Below, piece after piece: positions 25,390 to 40,547 of a DNA stretch of 64,000 bases (position 1 is the stretch's first letter; the number at the start of each line of letters is the position of its first letter). The position numbers and the translations under genes were made by a program. The DNA comes from Ophelia neglecta (taxonomy: Eukaryota). The stretch lies in assembly GCA_965285935.1 (NCBI GenBank), contig OZ260661.1:41230001-41294000 (forward strand). Reading direction: 5' to 3'. The notes under the pieces were generated by a model. The model worked only from the letters and a program-made list of their open reading frames with translations. It was not told the origin of the DNA and did no database searches.

Positions 25390-26185
25390 CCGAACAGGAG
25401 CAGTGTTGTGATGGGTAGTGACTAGGAGACTCCCAAACAAGACAAGAAATAGTCATCGCTGTGACTGTCAAATCACCTCTGCAGGCCTAACTCTGCCCTC
25501 TCGCATTGTTATAACCACTAATTTAAGAAACTTTTGGCCCTGTAGTTGGGCTTAACTGGTAATCGGAATCCCAAGAACTTGACTCCTGAAGACCTCACTA
25601 GAAGTATATATGAGTGATGAACCTTCTGACCCCGAGTACGCCTCTGATCATTATTAATAAATCTTTCAATGTTTGTTATAATTTTATCGGTCTCGCTGTT
25701 TACACGCAGCAACATGCAGAAATTGGCCTTAAAGTAAGTTGCCTCTTACATCAGGAAGGCCCATAGGACTGTAGAACGGCGGGACATGGCCTATGACAGT
25801 GTTTTTATTTTGTACTTGCGATCCCAGGCCTATGTATTTGGATGTTCTCTGGAGTAATGGAACTAAAAATGACAATATCTTTGTAGAGGGAAAATCAGAT
25901 AATTATAGAATAGATAAAATTATATACAAAGATGTTTAATTAAACAAATCAGTTATAGATGAAGGGTAATTATGAACTTTTATCGAACGACATATCTGCC
26001 ATTTTGAAGCCCCCACGACTCCATCTAATACAAAAGACAGGAGAAAGGGAAAGTAAAAGGTCGACATCTGCGAGGAGAAGCGTCCCGCTGTGTCTCTAAC
26101 CGAACTAGAGCAGTGTCATGATGGGTACTCAGGAGACTCCCAAACAAGACAAGCAATAGTCAAGGCTTTGACTGTCAAATCACCT
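25390..26185 (+). repeat. ~88-bp direct repeat pair (25390-25478 and 26100-26185)
   Basis: ccgaac..gagcagtgt..tgatgggta...aggagactcccaaacaagacaag.aatagtca..gct.tgactgtcaaatcacct is present in both copies. Confidence 0.85.
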
Positions 26186-29100
26186 ATGGGCTAGGTATAC
26201 ATATCTATGCATCATATTTCAATATAGCGTTATATGATAGGCGTCTTAATATTTGAGGAATGTTCAGCGAGAGATAGGGCCACTCCTGCCTTGTATATAG
26301 ATGTCGTGGTGTGGTGGGGCGCATCATAACTCAATCTACACGCCATTGTTCGTAGCCAGTTGGCATCTAATTGACTGTGGCGGGGGGCCCGATGACGACA
26401 CACAACTCAAGCGTTTAGGTGCTATACCTCTTCACTTTTACTTTCTAATATGCAACCTTTTGTTGATAAGGTATTCACCCATGTAGTCTTACAGCCAGGT
26501 ACTTTCTTCCTACCCATTGGGTAGTAGCTTCATCTATCAGTGCGCAAGTAAAAAACATTGGTAGATGTCTTAGTCTTAGTTGCTTGCCTCATATCTCAGA
26601 GAAAACAACATTTTACCACGCGTACGTGCAATAATAGACTCAATGTTAAAACATACCCTGAAAAATGTATATTTTTATGTTCAGACTTGGATTTATTGTA
26701 TCTTAACCGTACGGTTATGAATCGGGTAGCCTAATTCTGAAGTGAAGCAACCTTAAAATTGCTGAATAATTGTGATGAATGTGGTATTTTCAGACGAGTG
26801 CCTCATAGGAACTATGTCTTAAATTGTTCAAAACTAAAACTGGCTGTAAAAAGTAAGACTGTGCGCGATGAAACCCAGTTTCGCCTTAGATCGTTGATAA
26901 CCCAACAAATGAAGAAATTAAGTAAAAGCTCCTTCGGTGTTCTTATCGGAACCTTGATCGCTCTTACAGGTATGCTATCCACCTGACGTATGTATTAGAT
27001 AGAAACTTGTAACTTTTGAAAATAACTGCTGATACTTTTAGGCCTAGACAACATCTGTTTGGGACTTCGAGTGTACCACAATCATATAACTGCATCAATC
27101 GGCCAAACAATCAGTAACTTAAGGCATTGATAATTTTCACGATATGGTGTCTTCTTGTTCATTTGAGTGAGTACATACACACTGTTAAACCAATCTTCTC
27201 TAGGCCTGTTCATAGTTGACTTTCTTCGGATATATTTTCAAGTTACCAATATTCAGGTGATTATTTCTTATAATTATAAGTCAGAAAATAGCTCTGTATT
27301 TCCAGATTCAAGCAGCCAGTTTCAACAGTAGACAAAGGTTTGTTGAACAGGAGGTAACGTGTATCTCTTTTGCTGTCCAGTAGCTTAGTCTTGCCTGCCG
27401 TTCTCACAATGAAAGGGTCATCTCACTTCGTCTCAGCTTCGACGGCCATTGTTTTCAAGAATTGCCCCAAGCGGTTTTGAAATGGACACCGATTTTGTTA
27501 TAATGATATCGTCAAGTTGATTCAGTAATTGACAGAAATGTGACATGTTCATAAAACTGCCAGCTGAAAAGCGGCGTATGGACACAGCGGTGAAGAAACC
27601 AACTGAAAAGATGAAGTTTAAATGAACTTGTCTTCTTTGACACTCTAATGGCAGACATGTAATGGTTTTTCGAATAAAGCAGTTTTCTGACTGGTGATAA
27701 AATTACTGAATTTATAGGAAAAGGACAGACAATGGATAGTTGTTGCCTTTATTATTGAAGTATTATCATTCTATCTGCGTTTGCGCCTAGTCTAAATATT
27801 GAGTAATCTCATCAAGTGCAAGAGTTCAAAGATTTTAAAGCACCTGGTATAATTTTTAAAAAAAACTCTTAATAGTTCAAGCATAACAATTTCTAAAGAT
27901 TTCATTATGATCCTAATCACATATATCCAGAATGCCAGAAAACAATAAGAGAATAAACAACTCGTACATAAACCTGCCAAAAGTCTTTTTCCTTTACAAA
28001 TGCGGGAATTATGACATTATTTAATTGCTTTGACAAGGGTACCCTACTTCGGTGTCTCAAAAGATTTGACAGAAATGATATATATCTCTGTTGAACTTGT
28101 GCACATCTATGCCCTCATACTTTGAAAATAATTAGGTTTTTAACGCTCATAAAACATGTATTTATACTAGGTACCATCATAAGTTGACAGAAAAGAAACA
28201 TAGACGTGGTATGTTATTTATCGTAACATGTGGGTCTCGATCTGGTGTCCGGGTACACCTACACGAGGGTTTCATGCAGGGGTTGAAATCCCGCGTGTTG
28301 AGGGCTGGTATGTTCGTGGCTATAAATAAATGTGTCATGTCTTCATCGTCAGGATGTTATGATCGATCTCATCTCAACTGTGAAACATAAAACACCATTT
28401 TCCCGAATTTGGGAATGTTTGTGTAATTTGTTAAATAAGGCAAATCACATCTTCGCCTGTCTGCTCTGTGCCAGGCGTGTGTGGGTTAGATGGGACGCCG
28501 AGATGCGTCTGTGCCGGGACTCTTCTCTCGCCCCTGAATCAGCATCGCCGGGCTATTAAACTTAGACAATGATTTGTTTCAAATCACACACACTCTCACG
28601 CGGATGGTAAAGGTATCAAAATGATTCATTAGCTGATAGGTTTCGTGCTAAAGGTGTGTAAATATTCGGGCTAGCATGGTGCTCTTCTTCGTTTACCTGA
28701 CCAGGTAGTTCGGTGTCGGTGTCATATATCTGCAGCAGACGTTCTTCTGTGTGTCAAGCCCCGGCCTTGCATGCGCTTGGAAGATGTTGTTTATTTTCCT
28801 AATTGTGTCTTCACCCGCTTTGATGGCGCTGGAAGACAGATCGGCGCTGTTTTCACGAGGCGATTGCATGTAATGCCGGAGTAAAGCTACAGCCGGTTGA
28901 TTTCTATACTTGCCAAGTATACACGGAGAACCAGCACCTGCGAGAATACATCATTATTAGAACTGTGTCTCTCCTTACCGAGGGCTCCTTAAGATCATAT
29001 CTGTTACAATTGCGTGATTTTCTCCAATTTGCCCTTGACCATTCCAGCAGGCATAAATATCGACTATACCATTCAATATCGTCTGACAGATCGTTTGGCT

Positions 29101-29244
29101 TAATAATATATATTAATAATATATATTTGATATATATACCATATGTCTACCTGACAATAAAGTTCTTCTTGAGAATAAAGCTAGCCTAGAAATAAATAAT
29201 TGTCATATCACTATTTATAGTGTATAGTGCACAACGGTAACGGT

Positions 29245-30185
29245 TTCAGGACTTTTCCACCCAAAAAGTTCGTACCCGGACATTTCGTCCCCATCTTTGG
29301 CAATTAAAATAAATAAACTGCATTTAATTTTGATATCATATAGGTTCTATAGTCACATGCCGAGACCGAATGTGACGTCCCCCGTTAGGGATAAGTGACA
29401 TGAGTATGATGTGGGATCACATGTTCACATGTTGTGCCATCCGGACATAAAAGTCCTGGACATAATGGTCCTGGACATAATGGTCCCGAACAAAATGGTC
29501 GCGGACTTAGTGGTCCCGGACATAATGGTCCCAAATGAAAAGGCGAACATAATGGTCCCGTCAGCAAAAATTAAAAAAAAATCAAATATTAAATGAAAAT
29601 ACTTTTAATTGCTAATAACGAACAATCATATATAGAAGCCAGGAGGCTTTTTACTTCTTCCTCGCATTAACTTTTCCACATTGAAAAGATTGTAAGTTGG
29701 ATACATATTATATCAGATTAAACAATAAACATATTTTGACATCAACTCTAGGTACAATTGGATTCTTAGAATTATATAGGGTTTTATTCTTAAAATGTGC
29801 ATTAAAAATGAGTGCATATGTTTAAACCAATGTTTTAAAAATGTTATTAATAATTGCATAGGATTCGTTCATTTTCTACTTAACATGTTCTGCTTTAAGT
29901 CCACGAGACCATTATGTGCAACTTTTCACTGGGACCATTAAGTGCGGGACCGTTAGGTCCGGGACCATTTTGTCAGAAACCATTATGTCCGGGACCATTT
30001 TGTCCCGGATTCGTTCAAGATACATGACATGGGCAGAGAATGACATTTCATATTAACTAAGCTTAAGGTGACGTTCCGAATTGAAATACAAAACAGTTGG
30101 ACACGAAAAGTCCGGTTGCAAAGTCCCGGATAGGAAAAGCACTTGATAGGAATCTAATATCTAAAACTGGGTAGGAAACTCCACT
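29245..30185. mobile_element. foldback/MITE-type element with inverted arrays of 15-bp subrepeats, apparently nested
   Basis: Left array ccggacataatggtc x~7 (29440-29560), inverted right array gggaccattatgtcc x~6 (29905-30010), AT-rich spacer. An outer, more decayed pair is ggacttttcc/ccggacatttcgtccc (29245-29295) versus ggacacgaaaagtccgg/ggataggaaaag (30098-30185). Confidence 0.7.
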
Positions 30186-32199
30186 GTTAAAAAGTCAAAG
30201 TCCTAAAAATATGGGTCTGAATACTCTTAGAATATTTTGCAACACACATATAGGGACGTTCCACCAGAGATAGAGTTATAATTACCAAATACACTCAACT
30301 TCTCGCCGGTGTTTCCCTTTCTATCAATACACTTTTTATTGTTGGTTGTTGTTGATCATGCGATAGATCATTGATGTATGTTTTCTTATGATCATATCGC
30401 AATACTCTACTCAATTCCGTGAATAAAACTTGACATGATCAGCATCAGGTGAAACTTAGTTATTCAAACCGCGATTGCACTTTAGAGCATCTTTTGTATG
30501 TTTTCTGAATTGCCTGCAGTGAAACTGTTGTGCTGAACATTTCGAAATGCAGTGACTCTTCAATTTTATCGCATGGGGTATCAAGAATTCGTCCGTCGAC
30601 AGAAAGGATGTCAGAGCGTTTTGTAGATTTATGATTGCCTTATGAATACTGCGACTGTCGAATTTTGTGACAAGCACAGACAAGTTAATTAGCCAAGTCA
30701 AAACAGTGTGGAGCCATTGAAATAATCAAAGAGACTATTTATGAAGTTAGCTATTGCAAGCATAGTAACTGCTTAGAAACAAAACCATACATAGTTACAT
30801 AGTTATCCCCCAAAAAACTGGCCAATGTTGGAAAGTTGATCTCAACTACTGTAAAATGGGGCCACTAAAGTTGTCACATTTACCAAAACTTACGAACTGT
30901 AAATTATTATTAAACCATTGTTGATTTATATTTCTCTTGGATCGTACTTTATAATGATTTGTAAAGTCCATGTTACCTGCCCTCTGAACCCTTAAAGGTC
31001 TTCGGTGGCCAGACAAGTTTATCTAATAAATAACGTCGTCTGCCCTTAAAAGCTTTTGGGGTGTTTAGTCATCAGGCTATTCAGGAACAAGCCTCCACTG
31101 TTAGGCTGCAATCACTGATTCTGAAGGTGAAACATAAGTTTCCTTTAAAAGTGTAACATTTTGTTTGGCTGTGTTTAAGATCAAGCCCATATGACTGCAC
31201 AAGTGTCTTGAATTAAAGATATACTTTGGGTTTTTCAACAATCATGCCACATTTTCATTCATTGATCAGAAAAGGCATGAAGAAATGCTCATTTTGTTAA
31301 CTTAAAATAGGCTTAATGTGAAAAATAATTCTCTGGATGGCGCAAAATAATGAGGCCGAAGTGTTAATTGTTCTATTAAGGTTTCAGAATCTATTAGGGT
31401 GTAACGTTTCAGCGTTACATCTACCCGATCTGTTATATATAAATATGAATTCAGATGAAGGATATTTGTGTGATAATGTTCATATCTCAAGACTGGTATA
31501 TTTCTGATAAATCCCAAGGCTTCCTGGCCGATTCGAGTGGTATATACGGGCAATAGCCTAACCATACATTGGGTGCCTTAACCGGAAGTAGAGTAGGCAT
31601 ATAAACAACCTGTGTAAGCTTAACCTTTAGGGTTAACTTACTTTACGGGAGCTGGGATTGGTGTGCATGGTCCAGTGGCTGGAGGTTCCAATGATATCGG
31701 ACCGGTTTGATAGGCTGTTTTGATTTATGATTTTGCTTTGACGGCCGGGTATCCACTTCCGTTTTTGGGCGAGGTATTTTTTCTTCAACTCTGGAACAAC
31801 TTTCCACGTACATTTATATATATATATTCAACACTACTCAGCTCACAGCGGGGTAAGGTCGATATATAGGGAGTGATCTTAACTTTGTTTCAATCTGTTA
31901 GCAGGTTAATTCAACAAATAAGTAGTTATAAGTAATATTTATTATTGAGTCAGTTAAGGACCAGATTTACCCCCAATGACCCGTGAGATACCTGCATTGC
32001 CCCAATACCTGTTGTGGTGGTATATAGGCCTACTAGGCAAAATGGTTCTTGGGATAAGCTGAACACTCTAGCAATTAAGGTGTTGTTTTTTGGCCCAGAT
32101 ATTATTTTTACTGAAAGAGGTTTAAAGAGCTTCGCCTCTGGCATAGGCTGTGGGCCTAAGGGTTTGGAACTGTGTCAAGCGAACGTGAGTTTGGTTTGT

Positions 32200-32520
32200 G
32201 AAATGTAGACATATTGTATCGTGAGTTTGTGTCCTTCTATATTGTCCCATTGTATCGTGAGTTTTTAGAGTGGTGATTATAGATCTAAAGGACTTTCGTA
32301 TCGTAAATTTGTAGCGTGACATGAAAGCCTATCATTTCTTGAGTTTGCCTATCGTATTATAAGGTTGTATCAGGATATAGAAGGCAACCGTATTGTGAGT
32401 TTGTATAGCGAAATGCAGGCCCAACGTATAGGCAGTTAGTATTGTCATATGTAACCCTGTGTCGTATTGGAATGTTTTATCTTGATGTATGGGCCTATCG
32501 TATGGCTATAGACCTACCAT
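32200..32520. repeat. degenerate short tandem repeat (tatcgtgagtttgt / gcctatcgta)
   Basis: Recurring gtatcgtgagttt and cctatcgta motifs at ~25-35 bp spacing. Confidence 0.5.
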
Positions 32521-35500
32521 AGTTTCCTTGAACTTTGTTTTTTATACCCAGTGCTAATACTTGTGTTTCTTAAAGCTTGTCATACAGACATTATAATTGG
32601 TGACACGCTTACACATCTCTCCTACATCATCAGGGGATGAATCAACTTTATACAATAGTGGTCACGCTACTATTATACCCTATAGTCTAAGATCACTGTT
32701 CTCACTTCTTTGTGTGTCACAGCATATAACCGACATAGGACATTGATGAGGATTAAGTTATCTATAGGACGGTTTCAAGGTCATCCAGAAGGACAACACT
32801 CTTGCTCTTGCTTTTTTATTCTGAGTGGCCGGAAATGGTTTTTTTTGATGCGTGGCCATAGCGTTCACTTGAATGTCTTTGACAACCCAGGAAATTACTA
32901 GACACGTTTCTCTGTATAGTTTCAATTGCGAGAGAAATGAAAGTTTGAAAAATTGTAAGATTGAGTATATCCATTATTCCAATCCTTAGATACTGGGAAA
33001 TGAAACACAAAGACAATGGACTAGTTCAGGCACTTTGTTTTACAAAGTCATATTGCCAAAGCCATCATTTCTGTGAATTTATCACAGAATAAGATAAAGT
33101 TGACATTATCATTGAAAGAGAACAATGAAAAGATTACGTACATTTTGATACAAAAGTCATTACTCCAAACTTTCAGGTTATTCGGAATTGGTAGCATACT
33201 CCCTCAGTGTGGGGTGCAGTTTATTTTGAATACTTGTCTTTCTCTGTCATGTATGGGGTGTTCCTTGCTTGTTGTATGGTAGAGTCGACTAAGAAACTCG
33301 GCGAGTTGCGTGTTAAACCATGTTGCTGCATGCAACAGCACACCTAAACTGCCAAATGTGACTCATTAGGCCGTCTGAGTGCTTTATTTCTAATCTGGCT
33401 GAACGCACATTTATTAATTTCGTGTGAAATGGCCTGTACAACTGCCTTGCCTTGCCAATCATACCAACACCATCAAATGTATAATTTAAACCAAAGCAGT
33501 TGCTTGCCAAATAACACATCAAGCCGCCATTCTTTGTTCAGACGTGTAACAATCAAACCAAATATGTTATTTGATGTCATTTTGACACGTTCATATGGGT
33601 AATTTTCAACTCATTTTCCAACCAATGAATTTTAATTGAATTAAACAGTAGTGCATTATCATACTTTAAAGCTTCATACTTTTCAGGTGCAATATCAAAT
33701 GACCGGGTTGAGTTTGTGTTGCCGTCTGCTAATACATGGCTGGCCGTTGATGTACCAATTTACCACATATTTAGACATTAAGCATATTCATTTGGTTCTT
33801 AGGAGATTCGCAGCCCTCTAATCTACATATATTTGTGCAGTAAATGAGAATTAATGAACCATTACTGTTTACAGGGTGTGGAGGGCGAGCTCAGGAAGTC
33901 TGATGAAAGAGCAGGTGGGGGATCTTCATGTGTGTAAACTTTCGCTCGTCATCGATAAAACATGTCTGCTACTCACAAAAGCGGCCGAATTCAAAGCAAA
34001 TATTTTCATATCCGGTAAATGACCGCCATCCAGCCCTTAATGGGCATAATGTTAAATCGGCTACAAACAATCCTGTGTATATAGCTATACATGTTTCAAG
34101 ATGTCAAAAGCATTGCAAGTTTAATAGAGTTGCTTTTTTGAAATACACTGAACCTAAAATGGTGTCCTAAAAGTGTCCATCGTGATCTGTTTTCACAATT
34201 AAAATGGTCGAATTAAAAAGTATGACATGGTAAAGAAATTTAGGGAGATTTCATGCAATCAATTGCTTATATGATCACGTTTTTAATTAAATAAGGCAAG
34301 CTCGTCTTTTAAACGTGGTTGTGCCCTAACAAGCGATAGTTTGGACGTCAGTATATACAGTAATCACATTTGAATTGCGTTACAATTATTTATTATACCC
34401 GGGTATATAGAATATTTGCCAATGTTTTTTAAGATTAAATTGAAGTTCCAATAGTTTCCGTTGACTTGACATTTGAAGTGAACATAAAATATGGTAAGTC
34501 TACTGGGAACGCGGAACACTGAGTACTGCTGAACTGAAAGGTGATCATTTAGTCGCTAATAAATTTATTAAACTTTGATGTGTCCATAAAGTTGCATTGT
34601 GCTAAGGTGTTCACACGACCCCAGGCCTTTATATCTGATTAAAGATCACAGGTGTTACCTAATGGGGCCTAATCTCAAGCCTCCTGCTTCATTGCACCTT
34701 TACACATGAACGTGTAGAAATCTTGATAAAATAATGATAAATTATCGCCCAGTTCAATACCCTCAACCGTTAATCCCATGGTAAAAAACCGCCCGAAGGT
34801 TTTTTGACAAGGAGGGAATAAATTCTACGTTAAAAAATAAGGGTTGATAAGAATCACGCTATGAAAAAGTATGCAAGTTTAAAAATAACTTGATTTTCAG
34901 TTGATAAAATAGTAATAAAGACTTCAGAGTGAAAAGGTAACATCCAGTGTAATCATGTTCTTTGCAAGATTTTTCTTTGTGGCCTACCAAAATGCAATAT
35001 ATATCTGGAACTAAATGGCCAAACTGACATTCACTTGACTTGACAAAATTTGTTCTGATAGAGTTTTATGCAATTAACTAAGTTGACACATAGAAGCTTA
35101 ATGACAACTGAACAATATGCATATTAATCACAGGTTTGACACTTATTCAGGATAGTATAAGATTGTAAGGAAGATGCTAAGAGCACCCATATACTTTAAA
35201 AAGAAATGTTAGCGAACAAAACAGCAATTATAACTCGAAATGATGTTGGTTTCGTGTCAAGATTGAAACGTAGATAGACCGGCATCTGCTGAGTGATAAA
35301 TATCTACTCTCTGCTCTGTTGTTCTCTATGAAAATAATGCCACAATTTAGACCCTAATGATTGATAATTTGGTGACGTTTTGAAAAGATGGTTTGCAAGC
35401 TAGCCATGACCCTCTCTAAATTCAACACTTAGTAACAACACTTTCAGCAAGACTCATATATCTTCTACCGAGTTAGAATCTTGATTTTAGTATAAAGGAG

Positions 35501-38500
35501 TCAAAACAGGAATTCACCCGGTGAAGATATACACATAAACCGGAAAATAATGTGACATTATCTAAATGATATCGTAATGATATGAATTTGCCAGGATCCG
35601 GGCCTCCTTCGTGTGCCTTCAAGACTTTTGATATATATCGCTGAATCAATTGAGTGTTTCAAAGAAGTTGATTACCCTCTGCCCTTAGCCAATTCATGCA
35701 CAAGGTTTCTTTCTTGAAGTGCAAGGAATTACGTTGATGTATATTTTGCAGTCTGCATTTGCCATACAACAACCTGCCACCTCGCACTTCGTGTGCCAAG
35801 TATGCAGCAAAGTAGGTGTTTAGAAGTACACATAGTTTTGTTTTCAACGAGTGTCTCAGTAGCTCTCAGTGAAGAACATAGAGCAGATGGGTCCCCTTCC
35901 ATCTACAACATACAACACCAGGACAAAGGAAGCGCTTGGCTGACAACGGCTTAAATGACCTCATTTTCAAACCACATCCACAAAAGTCTTTCTAATTTAA
36001 CGATAATAACGCCTATCTCCATACAGAATTACCGTTGTTCGACATAAACAATAATGTGTGTTTTTCAATGTGAGATTGAGTGTGACAGAGGTGATACATG
36101 ATGAGCGAAGAATACATTCATCTTGGTAGGCTATCAATATCATTTAAGCTTTTACAAATAAGGGAAAAACATAAAATTCGCAATGTTTTAACAACGTCAA
36201 CTTTCAGACATGAACGATGAAATCGTCTTGACATGTTTTTGTTTCGACTTAATGTTTTATCATTACTACCTGATGGTGATCTTTGAAACGGCGGCAACTT
36301 CAAAGCAGCGTGTCATTGAAGTACCCGAAGCCCGCCGCCCATATTACCTTGAGCCAGTGATCCGGCGAGAGAGGACCAATATTCCTATTTCGTTTCAATG
36401 TTTCTTGCAGAATATGGGAGGGACATCAGTAGGTGTAATTGAATTAAATTATATTTAGGACAAACAACGTTGATAGATTTGACAATCTTACTCAAATTGG
36501 TGTGTACTGCTGCCACGAGGATACAAAACGTTGTGATGTATGATGGAAATGTGGTCCTGCCTCCCCAGAGTGCAAAAAACAGCATATTGTCAAGGAGAGA
36601 CAACCGATCTTAATTTTAGACAGAAACTTATCATCGTTTGTTTAGACGCCAGATGCCATTGAAATCGTTTTATATTTCTATTTCTTTTTTTTAATTGGCA
36701 GAGGAACGATACGAAAATAACTTATAATCAATGTGAAGTTTTTTATTGTTAACATGGAGAGTGATGTAAGACAGGGTAAGCATGCGATTCTCGTCCCCTG
36801 TGTCTTCATGGCACACCACTATCATCCTTTTCCAAAGACCATTTAAATTCATAAAGGAATATCTAAATTTGACTGTAATAAGAATCTACGAAGTCGCGTT
36901 TATGTGTGTTATAAGACTGCACCTCGTTGTCGTCGTGAATTAGAGATAGGCTCTCGCCTGCCGCTGGAGCAGAAGACAAGCTAATTGAAGTGACAAACCT
37001 TTTGACTCTGAATATTGTTAACCAACCCCGCGATATTTTACCTGCGATCAGTTGAATTCTATCTTAATATTCAGTTGTAAACCGACCTACTCTTTAGGAA
37101 AGAACATAAAGGCATGCAGAGCGGCTATTAATTATTGTTGTGTACGTTTTTTCCCCAAAACTTCTGTGTTTTAACAGGATAGTCCAGCTGCCTTTTAATT
37201 AGCTCAGTCGATTGATATTTTTTATTCATTGATATGGTCCAAATAAGTAGTGAAGCTGAAAGGAGCGGAAGGAGGAATTCAAGTAACAATCTTTCATTGT
37301 CACAGCACATCACCGTTTTCTGTCGTTTGATGATTTCATCTCGTCTGCCTTTACAGCAGTAGTAGGTCCTCAGATAGGTTTAACAATCGAAAGTTGTCTT
37401 GCTAAGCGACTCTACTTTTTACAATATTCAATGTAACTTATACACTATTTGTGCGAACGTGACTTGCCTGTGAATTGCCAAACCAAACAAACGTACAGGA
37501 GACTTGAAGAAACGGCTTTGGCACCTCAGGTATTCGTATGATAACATGCAATCATTGTCTGATCAAGTCCTGTTCTTTCGGACGTTTTTTTAGTAGACTT
37601 TCTTGTCAGTTTGGTAGAAAAAATTCACCTGCTCCACATACCAGGTTTGGACGACATTTTTCACGATTTTACCTCCAGCAGTGTAATCATGTTAAACTGT
37701 TTATTTTTCTAGCTAAAATGGTTTTAAAAGTATTGCGGAGTACTAGTTTCATGGTGAAGACAAGAATATCTTAATGTCAAAGTTATGAATAGTAATAAGA
37801 ACTTTATCAAAGAAACTCCTATCTGTCTTTTCTGAGCTCCGCTTGGTAAAATTAAATCCTCCCCAGTTTGCCAAAACACGTTGAAGTCCCATTCAGCCCG
37901 ATATGACATGTTCAATTGAGCAGACGACCAAGATAAGCAGGGAGTCTGAATAGCTAATGATACACTATCTCACTTTCCTCAGGCTGAATGCAGTCAAAAA
38001 TCAAAAGTTGATACCATGAAGCTTGCCAGGGTTGCAACCAAGAAAACATTTCGCTGCATTATCAAGACCGTCACTACAAAACGCTTGTGTATTGAAGCAC
38101 CCAAAATTAGGCAGACGGGTGTAATTTAAGGTCAGAAGTGTTCCTTAATAGATATCTCCCCTTCCACCCCTTCTTTGAAGGGACCTCTTTGAGGCGAAGA
38201 GTAGGGCTGAAAGAGAGGCAGCCAAGTCGGGGATGTAAACCCATATTTAGACACAATGTCGGTGACACTTGGATGTCATTATATACTGTTCAGCCGAGAG
38301 GTGAGGTGCAAATGGGCTTAATTGAATTAAAACACTCCCTCGGCTGACCTAACCGTCTAACGCCTTTTGAGATATCAACCCGCCGCCTCGCCGGGATTCA
38401 CGCACCCCTGTCATTGAACGGGGGAGAGGAAATTGCGATATGCTAATCATTGCCCTAGACCGCTGTATTATATTAAGTACGTGTTAATAGTTGTGTATAC

Positions 38501-40212
38501 CCTGTAATTTCAGCTCCCAATCCAATACTGCACACCAAACAACTTCCTTTCATGTTTTTGGACGGGCCACCATGGCTCAAGGATCAAAGCCCTGACTCAC
38601 GATTTTCTCCAGAAACAAGGTAGCAATTTCAGTGCCTTCAAAGGGATCATATCAAGATATGGAAATAGGATACCAAGAAGTTGCAGGAGTATGTAAGGTA
38701 TGCCACCCGGTGTCGACGGTCTGGAACAGGGAGGCCCCTCGGTGACAGACACCGGCTAGCCGCCAGGTCACGGTCAGGATCGCTCATGTCATACACCTAT
38801 ACTCACTGCATAAGTGTGACTCAAAAACAGGAATTTTACTTTAAAAACACAACAAATAGCTGATTTTATACTATAATTATTGTCTTAGTTCTAGACTGAC
38901 ATTTTAAAAGACAATTGTTTGTTGCATTATTTATCATTTCAGGCACTCTTCAGACACAGTTGATGAATTATTCTCTTGGAATTTCATTCACCTATTATGT
39001 GATGGAATGGTTTGTTTTGTCTGGTTCCTATCTATGGAAAAAATGACATTTGTGTTCCTTGTTTAACACTCAAAAACACTTGAAGAAAGTAGCAGTTGAA
39101 ACTCTTTGTAAATGAAGCATCAGGGTCGCGCGTTGATTGTTAAGTTCACGTGTTAGACGGGGTTTCTTTGGCTTTGGGTTTATGCTAGCATACTAGGCGG
39201 GTACTTCTGTCTTACTAAAACTTATATCTACGTCTATGAAGACACCGGATGAAAGAACCAAATTTAAAACTTCGACATATTTCGAATTCTAAGTCTATCA
39301 GATATCTTCTATTGCCTTTCAGATTCACCTATAAAACTAGAAGTTAAAACATGTAACTTTGAGTGTGTATTCATTAAAGTTTATATACAGAGCGCCATTG
39401 TATGTCTGAGATAACAATCACAAAATGTCAAACCTGGTGAAAGTAAGATACACCAAGGCTATGAATTGAGTCTGAAGAACACTGTAACCAACCCTTCATT
39501 GTAACAAACAACTGAAAACGAGAGTTGGCTCTAAACGTTTATATTAAGAAGAAGACGTCTCTTTTTCTGGATAACATCAGCGAAAATGCCACACGATACA
39601 AGGTCCTTATTTCATAAATAAGCAAAGTTCTCTTAGAAAATTTGCACCGAATAGAACTTGGTCATTCAGTGACAGTTCTTCTTAAGTACTCGTGGTATTA
39701 TAGGAAACTTATAATTCAATCAATGGCACAATTTAAAGGTATCGTATGTAGATGGTTAATTAAATTACACAGAGTGCAACAACACGCAATGTCTAATCGC
39801 TTCACATGTAAAAATCGTACGTACTTAAACAGCTACAAAAATCAAAAATGGCAAGAGTCTGGTGCTTTTGGGCCAGAATGTCTGAGAACTGCGCTTTACA
39901 ATCTCACATAGAAGGCCAATGTCTTCCCCATTATCTAAGTCAGAACGAACGGGGAACAATTCCAATCTCGTGATGTAACAAAGTCGCTAAAGTGGTTACA
40001 AATTAACACACTCGCACACGTAACTCGAACAAAGCACGTAGTGGCTTCTGCCGTCAAGGAGAAAGACAACAGCATTGACCATGACCTAGTTTTTATATCA
40101 ACGTGTCCCTGGTATTTCTGCCTATTGCCTAGACATGCCGGATATGGTCGGATCAAACACTTTCTCCTTGAAGTATATTTGTACAGTTCATCCCAGCGAA
40201 GTTTTCTTCCCA

Positions 40213-40547
40213 TTAGAGGAGTTTCTTTTCGTCTTCATCCTCATCGTCGCTGCGAACAGCAACGGTGGAGTGGTTGTAGAGTCCCTGGGCCATCAGCTGG
40301 AGAGCCAGCACGTTCCTAACTCCGGTGGCCTTCTTCGCTTTTGCCCGTTTGTTTTGAAACCAAATCTTGATTTGGGATTCATTGAGATCGAGTTCTTTGG
40401 CGAGTTTGTGTCTCCTTTCCTCGGTGAGATATCTATTATCGTCAAATTCTTGTTTGAGGCGTCCTAATTGTTCATTACTAAATGCAGTCCGAGGTCTTTT
40501 CTCTTCCTGCTTTCTAGGCTTTTTCTCCATCTTTCTTGATCTAGGGC
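40213..40547 (-). CDS. en: engrailed-family homeobox gene, coding exon 2 (EH3, homeodomain, EH5, stop)
   Basis: Acceptor tcttctatttcag|GC CCT AGA (AG at 40549-40548) joins exon 1 in frame as SSG-PRSRK. Homeodomain [59 protein letters not shown] has Q50; EH5 is '[18 protein letters not shown]'; TAA at 40215-40213. 745+335 nt = 360 codons including stop. Confidence 0.97.

Noticed and set aside
35659-35847. Possible THAP-like remnant (SLHFKKETLCMNWLRA) on the minus strand
   Set aside because: The diagnostic C2CH residues and AVPT motif could not be found; the similarity is too weak.
36700-40212. engrailed polyadenylation site
   Set aside because: Minus-strand AATAAA candidates (~37705, ~37226, ~36747) cannot be distinguished without transcript data, so none is called.
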